From Chrysomallon squamiferum (lineage: Eukaryota > Animalia > Mollusca), in the NCBI GenBank assembly GCA_012295275.1, contig CM022679.1, positions 8,432,001 through 8,496,000 of the forward strand: a stretch of DNA of 64,000 nt, read 5' to 3'. Below are positions 1 to 15,045 of the stretch, one piece after another. The position numbers were made by a program, and so were the translations under genes. Position 1 is the stretch's first letter, and each line of letters begins with the position of its first letter. The notes under the pieces were generated by a model that did not search any database, was not told the DNA's origin, and was given only the letters and a program-made list of their open reading frames with translations.

Positions 1-1206
1 GATTCAACACGTTTTCCAACTGACGTGAAGGTAAATAATGTTAACTCGTGTCATTCACTGTTCACGTCTTCCAGTGACTTAATAAAGTAAAACACGGGCA
101 AGACTGTCAAAACTAACCAGTGGTAAAATGAATATACAGAAAGAGCATTTGCTCTTTTCAAAAAAAAAAAAAAAAAAAAAAAATTCGTCAGACAATTCGT
201 TGGATCTGGTATCTGTCATATTATTATTATATTCTTGTGACAGAAGAATTTGTATCAGAGCAAAACTTAAAAGAAAGAATAAAAAAACTCAGAGTGCTTT
301 ACTAATACAAATAATAATAATAATAATAATATTTTATCTTGTACTGAATAGACAAAAGAAAGGTACATCGTTTTCATTGCATTAAAACTGGACTATTTAT
401 TTCGGTAGGCACAAAACGTTAGATTCTGAGAGGCTTGGTTGTTATTTGACACAGTATATATAAATTATATACAAACTGTAAAACACAAAATTATGGATAT
501 GCTCCGATGGGATACTACTCATCAATAAACATCTGAAACTTGGATGAGCAAAAAAAAAAAGGAGAGAAACCTGGACAAGACCATTAAGACAAAATATTTT
601 ATAAGATAATAAATATCTGCATTGCATTCAGTTTGTTTATATGCTGAATCTTTCACACTTCATTATATTTCAAATAAAGGTTATCAAAATAAACGATTTT
701 AAATATTCTTCAAGCAAACTAAAAGAAAGCAGAATCGCATAAGCGAAAAGGATAAGACATTATCAGTTCTGGAGAAATTAATTCTGCACTTGAAATGGAC
801 TGATATTTCAAACTTATAACAAAGTAGTAGTAGTAGTAATAATGATAATAACAACACTAACAACACTTTTTACATATGTACATATAATACGTATATATTT
901 CTCCAGAAGCTGTTTACTACAGTCGTTTATTAAAACATGTAATTAAACTAGACAGAATCATTATCGTCTGCTTCTCCTTTCTTAACCAGCAACAATGCAG
1001 CGCGTGAATATTTGATGTTGATCTTTGTTCCTTCTTGTCAGTTTTCGTGCAGATCGTATTATCGAACAAGGATCTCGTCGTTCTGAGAAATATTCTCAGA
1101 CACAAAATGTATTCAATACAACTGTCCTAATTTAATTAAATACCGCATGTGACATCACCTACTTTTAACATTATAATCACTGTAACTATAACTACTGCTG
1201 CTACTT

Positions 1207-1237
<31 letters not shown>

Positions 1238-4200
1238 AACTACTAGTGTTATTACTACTAGAGCTACTATTACTACTACCACTACCACTGTTTCAACTAC
1301 TGTTAATATTATAAAGACAAAAATTACTACTACTACTACGGCTGCTGCTACTGCTACTACTACAACTAACTACTATTATTTCTACTACTATACTAATACT
1401 ACTGTATTACTACAACCATTAATACTTATATGACTTTAAATACTAACCATTACTGTTACTTCCACAATCACTTCATTACTTCTACTATTACCACATTTCA
1501 ACTACTGTTAATATTATGCAATAATTACATGTATTTCTAGATTCACTGCAATTTTGTACTACTAATTACCTACAACCATTACTATGGACAAATGCTAACC
1601 ATTCCAACATCTTGTAAAAGATACATGTATTTTAGAAAAAATCTTTAATAATATGGACAAATGCCTCCAACAAAAGATGTACATGAACAGGAAACCAGGG
1701 TAATTTAATCTAACATATAAACGGCATTTACCGTTGGAGAAGGTATCAAAAAAGCAATCATTGTACGTACATACTTTGTAAATGTCGTCATCGTGTAATT
1801 TTTACCCTTTACAGAACGTGACTTATTTGTTATTTAAAATTAACGGGCTGTTATTTATACTGAAAGTTGTATATTTTTAACATTTTAAATCTATTTTGTA
1901 CTCACTTTGTCAAAGAGAAAGCGCAAGAAATTCTTTGTACTGCACCTTGTGTGACATTCACCTTGAGTGTCTCAAGTACAGTTGTTAGATATCTTTCTTT
2001 GATTATATGTTAGTTAAACAATTTATGTGGGTCTTTTGGGTGAAAAAGAAATGATGTAAGTGAAACAGATACAGTTTGTTAAAAGTTGAATAGCACTGGT
2101 ATTCCTTTTTAGAATAAACCGTATTTGTCATAACTCTTGTTTTAAAATAATTGCATGCTGATGATCTGGGTTTTCCTTTTATAAGTCAGTAAATATTTAA
2201 TACAAAACAATAATAACACCAACATCGCCATCACTAACAACGACAACACCAACAACACCAACACCACCAACAACAATAATGAAGATTTAAAAAATATTTC
2301 TAATTTTATTATTTTTTTTTTTTTTCAAACTAACCAACTTTCTCTGTATATCTTCTAAATGTCATCATCCTTTTGTCATTCTCACTTTCCATCTTTCTCT
2401 CTTTGATGTAAAATAAAACCTTTTATAGTTATATTGTTAACTGACATTTGATATTTTCCTGATCAACTTTCAGCAATATTCTCACAGGGCTGTTTCTGTT
2501 CCAGTCCTCGTCTCTATTTTGATTTTATCAAAGACCGTCCTGTTTAAGGGCAGGTTGCTTATTAAAGTCGCATGCTGCTAAATTCTTACTATTACTTCAT
2601 AAAAGTCCCTTCTGTGAGAAAGTCTACCTTAAAGATTCTTTTTCTGCTAACAGTTAAGAGTAATTTATGGATTGATGTCAGCGGGTTATAATCTTTCACA
2701 TCATCAATATTCAAAAATCATGCTAGACAACTAAAAAAAACCAAAAAAAAAAACCACCTAGAAATAACACAGTAGTAACACAGAAATAACAAAAACGTTT
2801 AGGTGTGGTTAATTATTTACATGTATTGTTTTCTTCCTCGTCCTCCCTCTCTTCCTGCGGATACAAATCAAGATTATGACTGATATGTGTAACACAAGTT
2901 TTCAGTTACCCACTGAGAAATCGCTCTGACGAATATCTCCTACTCTGGCTGGAATCCCCGAGGACTCGGAGAACAACAGATATCTACTGGCATCTGGTTT
3001 TTGAATATTTCCCATTAAACTGACATCCGAAACGACCGGGTCAGTGCATCTCCAGTGAAAAGAGCTTCATTTGCTGATGTACATTCTCTTCAGTCAAGAA
3101 GCGGCTTGAAAATGCAGAGAGACTGAGAAACGCAAGAGAGGAAACAGGATGGATAATGTGGGCGAGGAAGGACGTCCAATTCCAATGGGGTAATGGCCTA
3201 CTTAGGTGCGGGGCTTTCAGAGACTCTTCAGAAGCTGGTCATCTTGTTTCATATCGCTAACGCGAGTGAAGATTTCGACTCACATCGTCACTGAGTTTGA
3301 GAAATAAGAAAGAAGTTTATGTGAAAGTTTATTTAATTTTTTTTTTTTGAAAGTTGCTGGTCAAGCTTTTCGATTCCTGGCGATATATGTCAAATCACAC
3401 AGAGAGTAAAACGAGGACAAGCTTAGCAGTCTACAGAGAAGAATACCATCAAATTCATAGTTTCAAAGACAGTGCAAAACAAAGACAAAACTAAAACTGG
3501 AACTGGAAAAAGAAACATACAAATTTTGTCAAGCGACTTCGTGCGGTTTTTAGCCTCTGCGATTCCAAAGAAACATTTAAATAATTTTGACAAATCAGGC
3601 TCTGTGAAGACAATACATACAAAAGTAAGTAAAATTATTCCTTTTAAAATTACTTTCTTTTCTTAATATTTAAATATTACATTTTAAAAATATTTTTCTA
3701 TTTTTTTTTTTGTTTACTACATACCGCATTGTTAATAACTGTAAATATGAATATCTGCACACGACTGAATCAATAAAGACACAACAGACTGGTAATGGAA
3801 GGGAAGAACTGGAAATAATCGTTTATTAGATAGAGATGTCAAAGCTCTTGTACAGCCATTGTTACTAAATAAGCACCTCGCGGTTCCTCTAGCAAAAAGC
3901 CACAGTATGACACTCTGTTTAATTACTTTATGATTTGTATTTTAAAATTTTATACATTTAAAATAAATAAGCTTTTAAAATATATATATATAATACATTA
4001 CCTCGTAAAATATAGATTGTGAATATGATAATTTCTGATAAAAAAATACGTCATGAAGTTTAGTTGTCATATCCGCTATCTTTCCAAAAAAAAAAAAAAA
4101 AAGACGAAATGAAACGAACACCGATAAAAACCAGAACATTTAAAAACATTTTATTATCGACATTCAACAAACCGAAACACTTCGCTTTACCAAAGTGTTC

Positions 4201-5652
4201 TTTCAACACGGCGCAGTATTTATTAACTAACTACCTGCTTTAATATTCCATTTTAGTAAGCAGATGTAGAATATTAGAGAGACAACAAAGCAGCAAAACG
4301 AGACACACTTAAGAAATAAATAAAACTCTTGCAACAAGACACACTTCAAACCCTCGAGTTCGTCTGACACTGTTAAAAAAAAAAAAAAAAGCCCTGCTCG
4401 TTATATGAGCGGATTTGAAGTACATGCAGGAAAGAGTTAAATATTGAAAAGTCGACATGGGAGAGGAAAACGCTGAAGTGACTAGCTGTAAATTAGTTAT
4501 TGCTTTTTCATGTTAGAAAACTGCGGCAATTTGATTTACAGAACGATAATGTCCTTAATCATTTTTATGTCGCTGTGCCGGTAACGCGACAATAAAAGCT
4601 CGCTCGGTTTCCGACCGAGAGGTGATTTCGGAAAGAGAAAGAAACAAAATTAGTCTGTTTTCATCGAGGCACTCCGAGCGAAGTAATTTCGCAATAACTC
4701 GGACACTCGTGATTTTGTCACATGATAAAACCAGCCAATCAAAACCAACTTATTTGCACGATGACATATTATTAATTTCCAGCTTTTGGCTGCGGGGCTG
4801 GTAGGCTTTGTGATCGAATCTCAGAGCCGATTGTTAATGTGAGTTTTGAAATGTACAAATTCTTCTCTATCCAGTTATTTGTATTGGTAGTGATATCATC
4901 ATGTTCAACAGCAGCAACTAGTACTACTACTACTACTATTCTTACAACAACTACTACTGCTACTACTACTATTCTTACAACTACTACTACTGCTACTACT
5001 ACTATTCTTACAACTACTACTACTGCTACTATTACCCACTACCATTACTACTACCACTACAACTACTGCTTATTCAAATACTATCATTACTACTACTATT
5101 AATACAGTAAGACTGTTCATTTAACATATAAATAATGAAATCTGTTTTTCAGACTTATTAAACTAAATATACTTAAATCATAATTTGATTTTTAACTTAC
5201 TACTACTACTACTATTATTATTATTATTATTTTAAATGTATTATTTGTCGTTAGAGGTTTTTCTAGCATACAGTCATGACATTCTTAAGAATTTAACATC
5301 GATCTCAACATTCGGCGTGAATATTAGATTACTTAACGCATGGTTTCTAAATATTCCTGATATTTATGCCACCATTAACATCTGAAGATAATAGCGTGGA
5401 CTAATTTACACAGGAGACTGCAATGTGTCCAGTACAATAAATACATCTATATCTTCTCTGTCTCGCTTATATCAAATCTTATACACTGTTCAACTTCTTT
5501 CTGATTTGCTTTTTGTATATTAGCTGAATATGCATGCCATTTTCTTAATCTTTGTTTTGCTTTTGAATACATTACTGGGGGGCATAGTGTGCCGGTATCC
5601 ACAGGCATAGCAAAATTTTAAACCGGCATATCGTACACTGACTTAGAAACAC

Positions 5653-5752
<100 letters not shown>

Positions 5753-6819
5753 TGCATATAAGCATACAGCTACAATGCATACACAAAAACTCACTAAGTA
5801 ACCATCATGTCTAATCTCACATTTGAAAAACAAATCTGAAGATAAAATCGAAATACAATATGAAGATAAATCCTTGCATTATTTAAAACTTCTGCAGAAG
5901 TGACAAGTGCACTGTTTGACATGTATCGTCTAGATAACCTTGCCATTTTAATCTCACCATGAAACCAAAAAACAAAACAATAAAAAAAGAATCAGTATCT
6001 AGATACACAATATATCAGCTCTGAAGGGTAAACCACGTAACAAAACAAAAAACAAAAAACAAAAAAACCCAAAAAATCCCTGACGAAACAGATCACAATG
6101 GTAAAAACTATTATTATACACTTAGCGATTCTCATTATTCTGTAAAGAAAATTAACACGGTTTTACTCAGATTAAAATCTTGATTAAACAGAATCTAACC
6201 AATTTTTTATCCAAATCTAACGTCTGAACGATAATCTCTTGTTCTCTAATCTAAACAACACTTCATATTCACCTGATTGCGAATCTCGTACTCGCACTAA
6301 GTAGCATCCAATTATCTGAAACAAATACCTCGACAGAAACGTGTCCGCCATTATAGTAATGGTGTGCGCGTAATTTTCGTTAGCTGTCCTAATGCCGTGT
6401 ACGCAGACGAGTGCAATAACGTCATTGCATATTTGTTGTAGTTCGCAGGTGGAACGTAAATAAATCAAATTGTTGAATATTAACAGCGATAAACGTGTAC
6501 TATGACAATAACAACAGAATCTTAATAACCAGAAAAACAGATAAAAAGGATTGTATTTAAACGCTGAGGGCTTTTTTTTTTTTTTTTTTTTTTTAATATA
6601 ATTTTCTTCAGTGTTACAGTAATTTAATGTGAATCGAAAATATTATTTGTATTAAATTATAGCTGATAATTTTTTATGCTTATTAAATTTCAGCTGATAA
6701 CAAACATCATCATCAATTTGACTGTTATTATCATCGTCGTTATCATCATCATCATCATCATCATAATTATTAAAATACAGGTGATAACATCATCACCATC
6801 ATCATCATCATTATTATCA

Positions 6820-6877
<58 letters not shown>

Positions 6878-7522
6878 GACAGACCGAACCATTTTATCGT
6901 AATCGGTAATCGTTATTACATCTCGTGACTGGAGAAAATAACGTTTCACGACTTTAACAAAATTATTAATATTGGAAGAAAACAAGTAAGGGAAATCAAG
7001 CGAAATGGGCTATTTTATTATTATGTTTAGAAACTAAGGTTGCCATGGGGTTATCGTTCACCCTGCGTGCTACGCTGTTTCATTCAATAAAGATTTCAAA
7101 ACAAATTACTGCTTCTTTGTCGGGGAAACCGGGCCCATAACCGCAAGTCGTTAAACTAACGATGTCGGCGCAATTTACGTCAAAGAAGTCGAAACGGGAT
7201 TATAACCAGACGTTTGTTTACAATGGCAGTGATTGCGATAAACTCTTCTAATTGATAATTGAATCCACCACTTTCTTTTTTTTTTTTTTTTTTTTTTTTT
7301 TTTCATTGCGGTTTGACATTTACTACTTGTTTTTCTTAAAAATAATCTTTCAGGTTTAATTTATTGATTTGTTTTAAGAATTCTAAGTCTTTTTTATGTT
7401 TTTGGTTTTTTTTGCACGTTTTTTTTTTTTTTTTTTTTTTTTTTGCAACGTTTTTTTTGTTCATTGTAATTGGCATGAAAGTTACCTTGTTTTGTTAATT
7501 TCGTAATTTATTCGACATACAA

Positions 7523-7557
<35 letters not shown>

Positions 7558-7937
7558 CAATCTGTTTTTCTCAAAAAAAAAAAAAAAAAAAAAAATTAAA
7601 GAGATTCCGAGGCTTCGAATCTTCGAAAATAATAACGTTCCTGCAAAAAGTCATTTGATTTGGAAAACAGGAACTTCTTACCAGTATGTCATTACTGACA
7701 AACTCATACATATAAAAACACACAAAAAAAAACATATTAAACTAACGTCTTCTTCTCATCAACAGATAAAAGGGCAACAACGAGCACTTTTCTTTAAGAA
7801 ACTTTTACACGTAATAGTATGAAAGTGATCGCAAAAGGACTGTGTTGATGTGTTTGTACGTATAGTCGTCTTGATGTATTTTTCAAAAGGAATTTAAATA
7901 GTAATGTAATGTGAAAATTCTCAAAATCCGGCGCACA

Positions 7938-8345
7938 TTAATAATCTAATTTTAAACTTAGCAAAGCCAGACAGCAAAAAGATTTTCCTCAAATAATATT
8001 GTAAATTTTAAACTTCGCAAAACTCGGAGCTCATTATACAGTAATTCCTCAAATAATAATCTAATTTTAAACTTCCCAAAACCAGACAGTAAAAGAATTT
8101 CCTCAAATAATAATATAATTTTAAACTTCCAAAAGCCAGACAGTAAAAGAATTTCCTCAAATAATAATATAATTTTAAACTTCCCAAAGCCAGACAGTAA
8201 AAGAATTTCCTCAAATAATAATATAATTTTAAACTTTCCAAAGCCAGACAGTAAAAGAATTTCCTCAAATAATATTGTAATTTTAAACCCGGCGCTATTT
8301 ATACTGGAATTCCCCCAGATAATGCTGTAATTTTAAACCTTTCTA
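7938..8345. repeat. 54-bp minisatellite, about 7 copies with degenerate ends
   Basis: Unit aattttaaacttcccaaagccagacagtaaaagaatttcctcaaataataatat, visible as the 18-aa repeat in ORF 8008-8268. Confidence 0.9.
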
Positions 8346-8644
8346 AGACAGACATTAAGGGAATTCCCCCAAAACTCAACGGTTTCAGCCGATCCGTGAT
8401 TTATCATGTACATACACGTAAAACCTCAGTAAACCGAATACCTCTCCAAACCGAACACTATTCCCTTTTGAAAAGTATCGTTTGTTCGTATTTATTTTTT
8501 AATAGAATATTTTTTTTTCTGAAATGAAAATCAATGTTTTATTATGTATTTTAATTTTCACAATATCATCTTCATTAGTTGTTAACATCAAATTTTTTGG
8601 TCCTTTCTTTGTTTTCTACGACTGATATATTAAAATATGTGTTG

Positions 8645-8790
8645 CTGTTTATGAGTAGGTAGTTATACAAGATCCCTTATTGCTATTCTTAACAAACAGT
8701 AACCAATGGAATATCAGCTGTGACTTTTTTTTTCTATTCTGTATCATTATTATACAAGAAAATATATCAAAACATTTAATAACTGTTAAT
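8645..8790 (+). mobile_element. Highly degenerate fragment of the same SINE family, sense orientation
   Basis: tatacaagatcccttattgcta..cagtaaccaatgg..cagctg resembles the SINE core tataaaagatcccttgctgcta..gagtagcccatg (from memory). Confidence 0.35.
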
Positions 8791-9361
8791 ACTTGAGTTA
8801 CTATCTTTTTTTATTTAATTATTAACCGTTATGTCAGTACTATTTCATTTTTATTTGTTCAGTTTATTATATGTTTTTCATTTATCTGTAACTACTGTAA
8901 GCATCAATTCAAAATAATAAATAAATAAATAAATAAATAAATAAACATTTTTTTAAAAATTGAAAAAAAAAAAACAATTTCTTAAATTTACGGCTAACTT
9001 CTACATAGACGCTGACAACACAAATCGGGTGATAACTGGTATAGAAACTTTGAACGGGACAAACAGCGCATATCGCGTCTGTGTTTTTCAGAAATGCGTG
9101 TCCGCTTTAAACACCGTGATACACACCCTCTCTGACAGCGCAATAAATAACAACAAAAATACGACTCGACTGAAAGACGTGCGCGGTGTTTCGCGTTTCC
9201 TCCAGAGATGTTAATACGTTCTTCAAATCACTTTGGACTAGAAATTACGAAACCTAGCACTGGTGATATTGCCAGCGGGCACCAATCGCGCATCTTGAAC
9301 CAGTTCTCACTCCGAGACGGTAATGCTATTTTCTCCGTGAACAAGCAGCCAAACAGTGGTG

Positions 9362-9397
<36 letters not shown>

Positions 9398-10201
9398 CAG
9401 AGCGGTGAGACACGACTAGACCGGGAATGGGTAGAGAATCAGAAGAAAAAATGTAATGAGTCTTTCAATGATCCTCGTTATCCCTCTTATTTTTTTTTTT
9501 TTTTTTTTTTTTATTTCAACCGATCGATAAACACCCTTGATCATCATTAAAGACGTTTTTTCGTAGAAATTTGTGAAATCTTTACTGATTTAATTAGAAA
9601 ATATGCAAGGTACAATCTGACCAAGTGAAACGGAAAATTGGCCCACACCGCTGGGAAATCAAGGGCTGTTTCGTAAGACCAAGTCTCCAGAGACCGTTTA
9701 CACAGATCAAGCTGTCTAATGGAGTTTGTTTGTAGTCGTCTGACGAGTCCAATATCCACGAGTTCTTGTCGAGTGGACGAGTGTTCGGCTGCTGTCGTTG
9801 TCTTTAAGAAGAGTCTGGGAAACTCAGAGTTTGTGGCAGACGATATGCCTGACATACTCAGTGATGTAGCCCAAGGACCACTTATACGTTGCGTTTTGAT
9901 ATTCCAGTTTGATAAACCAGGCTAATAAAAATACAAGAAAAAAATTGAAAAAACCCAAACAAAACACAAAACGATACAAAAAAATACACACAAAACCCCC
10001 ACAAACAAACAACAAAACCAACAAAACAAATTTAAAAAAAAAATGAAAAAAAAAAAATGACACTGGAGAAGATTTACATTTTCGGTTTTTCCATATCTTC
10101 TTATTTGTCTTTCCATTTCAGACAGTCCATATCAAACCTGGTAACACAGCATCAAAAATATACCCAAATGTTTAGAATTCCTTTATCTGAATTCTGAAAA
10201 G

Positions 10202-10307
<106 letters not shown>

Positions 10308-10695
10308 TTTTCTGTTCTCGTAATATGTAATTTATGATTAGCATTTGATTACTGTCGATATTTGAGTGTGTCGAACGCAGTTATGTTAAGATATTTTATT
10401 TTATTTTATTTTGTGACGATTATCTTTATTCCGTTCCCGAGGATTTTGAACTGTACATACCACATACCTTGGGACTACGGACAGCACCACAGATAGTAAT
10501 TAAACAGCAAGGGAAATAATTAATTCTGAATAGACCTGTATTAAATTATCATTTCCATGTGATAATGTAAAATAAGTGCGCTGAAAACTTATATAGTGCA
10601 TTAAGTTACAGATAATAACAATCTAGCTAATTAATTAGTTAATTAGTGTGTGTATGTGTATGTGTCTGTGTGTCTGTGTATGTGGGTGTGTGTGA

Positions 10696-10726
<31 letters not shown>

Positions 10727-10941
10727 GAAACAAATATTATGACTTAATAATCTAAATATATAATTTTTTTTAAAAAGATTTTTCTTTAAAATAAAAAATT
10801 AATTTCTTTTCTGTATATTGACTCCATAGTCTCGCATTTTTTATAGTGAAAATTTTCTTCTTTTCATTCTCATATTCTTAAAAAAACAAAAAACGAAAGA
10901 AATTTCCCGACAACCATTGCTTCAGGCAGAGAACTTCTGGT

Positions 10942-11066
10942 CAAAATTGGCGGTAATTCAGCGTGCCTTTTGCCGCGTTTCACGGTGTTTGCCCGACGCA
11001 GCAAAATGGCGGTAAATTCCGCGTGGCGTTTTTGCCGCGTTTTACGGTGTTTTGCCCGACTCGGCA
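10942..11066. repeat. GC-rich 60-bp tandem duplication (2 copies)
   Basis: caaaa(t)tggcggtaa..gcgtg..ttttgccgcgttt..cggtgtttgcccgac occurs at 10942 and 11002. Confidence 0.85.
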
Positions 11067-11387
11067 AGTGTCGGCTGGTTAAGTTTGGTCAACTTTGCCA
11101 AGTGTTCTATTGATTTTGGACGTGTAAACAGACAGTCAATTCAATTTGCCCTGTAAATATCTCAGAGGTCCGCGGGCCTTTTCAACCCAACTCAATTCAT
11201 CAGAAGAACGGAATATTTTATTTCCGCCGTAGGTTTAAAAGTTTGAAATGTGGCGGTCTACAATCAATGCCGCCGCAATAATTCAGATTTTTTTGAACTG
11301 ATAAGTAGATTTTTACGTTTCTCATATTTTTGTCCGTGCATCCGTTGTCTGTTTGTGTGTGTCTGGTTCAGTCAATACGTCCTAACG

Positions 11388-11725
11388 TGTGTGTGTGTGT
11401 GTGTGTGTGTATTATATGCAAGTGCGTGTGTTTGTGTGTATATATATATATATATATATATCGTTTTATCTATGTATGTGTATATGTATTTATATATGTT
11501 TGTGTGCGTATGTAGGTATGTATGTATGTATGTATGTATATATGTATGTATGATTATGTTAATATGTATGATTGTGTGTATGTATGCATGTAAATATGTA
11601 TGTGTGTTTACCTATGAACTTACATATAGTATATGTTTTATATGAGTACATATACAAAATAATATCTGCACACCGAAATGTTAAACAACAGGTCGACCTT
11701 TCACTATCATTTATTTCTAATTTAG

Positions 11726-11802
<77 letters not shown>
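11388..11802. repeat. Compound (GT)n/(TA)n/(GTAT)n tract followed by (AC)n at 11731-11790
   Basis: Seen directly in the sequence. Confidence 0.9.
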
Positions 11803-11803
<1 letters not shown>

Positions 11804-12440
11804 GACAGATATATCAATGTAGGTATATTTATATATCTCATAAACATTTATAGGTCTGTCGTAATGGCATGTATTATGTTTGAGTTAACTAAATATAAAC
11901 CGAAACAAAAATTTACTTTTTTTAAATTATTATTTATCGAACAATGATGAAATTGTGACAGTACTATTCTGTTCACACATGTTATTTAACAAAGAATTTC
12001 TACATAAATGTTACAACCAGTCTGAGGACAAAGAAATATGAATGTTTCTGCGACATCGATATATTTCAGCTCTCCAAATGAGGTGCTAACCATCTCAATA
12101 AGTACTGCCTTACATCGCGTCTAAATCAGAACTTTACCATGGAAATAATACTATCAAACGACACTATATATACTTGACTTAATTTTTTTTTTTTTTTTTT
12201 TTTTTTTCCTGAAAATATAGGTCTTTGACAATAACAGAAACAAATTCTGGAAAGCATTATATATAAGAAAAATATTCCTAAAATTATAAATACGTTATAA
12301 ACATTTTTAAAATTAAAACGTTCAGACGGGAAAAGTTTCGTCATTAAAGCAATGCTCGTAGATATTCTTAACTGTTATGAATTCATATAGACAAGACATA
12401 TCGTGGTTGCTCTCACAAACATCCAGAGAAAAACGGAATC

Positions 12441-12645
12441 AGTAATGAATTCCAAATATTCCCCGACTAAAAGTAATAAACTCTAAAATTCGGCTAAATA
12501 TTCAAATATTCCCTGATTAACAGTAATAAACTCCAAATATTCCCAGACTAACAGAATTAAACTCCGAATATTCTCTAACAGTAAAAAACTCCAAATATTC
12601 CCTGACTAACTGTAATAAACTCCAAATATTCCCCGACTAACGTAG
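12441..12645. repeat. About 31-bp minisatellite
   Basis: Unit agtaataaactccaaatattccccgactaac, about 6 copies. Confidence 0.85.
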
Positions 12646-14055
12646 TTAAATTATTTCCCGAAATTCTGCGAAACTCGAGACATTTGTATGTAGGAGTTCA
12701 CCCTGTAGAGATCTAGAGTATAACAAAGACTTATCAGTACTAAATTCTTAATTTAAAAGATATATATATATATATAAATAAACCAGAGAATTGCTACGTA
12801 AGTACGGATGGATATACGTTCGTCTGAGAGCGTACGTAAATCATATCCTAAATGTGTTATTTCATCGTTTCGAAGTCTTTTTCCGTACGGAAAACCATTA
12901 TTCAAGTATCATAACTGTAAAACAGATAGTATTTATTTCTCCGAGTATCGGTAATTACAGCGTATCTGTGCTCAGTCTCGATATCACCAATTTATGTGTC
13001 ACGTCAAAGCAAATCTGTTTCTGCAGTCAAACCCGATCACTGTAATCTTCAGTAGTTATAGATGCTTTCAGAAACAAGGTCCACTTCTTGAAATAGCTGC
13101 CTGAAAAAGTTCTTGTATTTATTATTATTATTACTGTTATTACTGTTATTATTATTATTATTACTGTTATTATTATTATTATTATTATTATTATGCCATA
13201 TTTCAGAAATTTTCAGTTTTTCAGTTCTATTGGTATCATTCTTTTTCAGTTAGGAATATTTCTTGTTACATGACACAACCTTATCATTTTGTTCAATATA
13301 TTTTCATCCGATTCTGTTTTCTGTTTAGATAACCGTTAAATTGTAATTGTTTTGAAGGTGTATATATTTTATATATATATATATATTTTAATGAAAACAC
13401 CTTTAAATAATCATATCATCTTTCCAAAACGTTTTCACATTGTCATTCTTAATTCTTGATCATTTCCGAGAATATTTGTTTCAGTATTTAATGAAATTAT
13501 ATGATCACTCCTCTACATATCTCTTTCGTTTTTATCTCATATCTGGAACTGAACAAATGTTAACACAATTACATTATACAGACATATATATTTATTTATC
13601 TATTTTGTATTTATTAATGTTGGGGTTTTTTTTGGTAACCATATCACATACGTCTATTTTAAGATGGACAGAACATTGCGATCACGTCACTGTCTCTATA
13701 GAAATATCAATACGAATCTTAAGGGACCATTCGTCTTTCATGTAACATCAAAGCAAGGACAAGTGTTTTCCATTTTCACTAAGATTAATGCTAAATTTAT
13801 GTATTTCGTTAAAAAAAAACAAAAAAACGGAGATACGTTCCCGTATATAATACTAACACAAGTTAGTCAGATGATGGTGACTCTTTGCCTGCGGACTCCA
13901 ATTAATTCTTTTCTGACTCTCCCAAAGGGTTCGAATTTGCAACCGATGAAAACTGCCAAAAAACGAGCAACACAAGTTGGATAATGAGAAGTGCTTTGTC
14001 GAATACTTCGGTTATAAAACCTGAACTGTCCTGTTACTGTCAGTTAAACGGTTTT

Positions 14056-14098
<43 letters not shown>

Positions 14099-15045
14099 TT
14101 GTTTGTAGTGTTTCTGTCATTGCCATTGCCACCACAGTTTTACCACTTGCAAGATTTAGTTAGTATTGCTACTACAAATAAAACCACTTTTACTATAATT
14201 ATTACTTCAACTTCAAGTACTACAGTTCCTTCTTCTTCTACTACTACAACTGCTACTACTACTACTACTACCTCTACTACTACTACCTTTACTACTACTA
14301 CCTCTACTACTACTACTACTTTTATTACTTTTATTATACTAATGCTGCTATTATTATTATTATTATTATTACTATTATTATTATTGCTACCACTACAACT
14401 ATCACTATTAGTATTGATATTACTACTACAACTACTACTATTATTATTACGATGATACTGACAATCATTTTCATAATCGTCATAATTTTTATTACGATTA
14501 TTATTTAATTTTAATATATTGTTAAACATTAATAGACTTTTCCTTACAGAATTTGTTTTATTTAATTTTTTAATTTTTAAAATTTGTTTGTGTTAAATAC
14601 TTCTATAAATCAGTATTTAAGACATATGTTAACACTAGTAACATAAGGCTGAATATGATGGTGTCAATAATGCTAGATGTGTGAGTTCATTTGTTACGCT
14701 CCAGGCAGCCCAATTTCAATGGCTCGTTAGCAGATTTCTGCCTCCAGTCTATGCATCTAATTTCTGTTCGCATCTGTAATATCTTTGTTATTATTTTTCT
14801 CACCTAACTTGTTAGATAATTTGTTCGCTAATTTCAAACATATTCTTCCGTGTAATAACATTTTTGCAAAAATTATTTCAAAATTTGTTCGCAACACTAA
14901 GAAGAACAACAACAAGATAAAAAAGTATTTAAAAAATTAATTATGGATGAACATAATTTTTAACTAAAAAATAAAAAAATAATAAAAAGATAAAAATAGA
15001 TTTTTTTTTTTTATCCCAATAACAACACGTTTCTTTACTGTTTAG

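Noticed and set aside
2880-3300. GC-elevated segment as a possible coding exon
   Set aside because: No long open frame or convincing splice pair. It may be regulatory but cannot be supported.
7039-7052. RFX X-box-like GTTGCCATGG
   Set aside because: The second half-site is missing.
7938-8345. This and the 43.5, 58.2 and 63.8 kb arrays as CRISPR-like or repeat-protein coding
   Set aside because: Head-to-tail units without unique spacers, no cas genes, and a eukaryotic context. They are ordinary minisatellites.
8415-8470. Possible Tc1/mariner-type terminal repeat (aaacctcagtaaaccgaatacctctccaaaccgaac)
   Set aside because: No partner TIR was found and it is too short to call.
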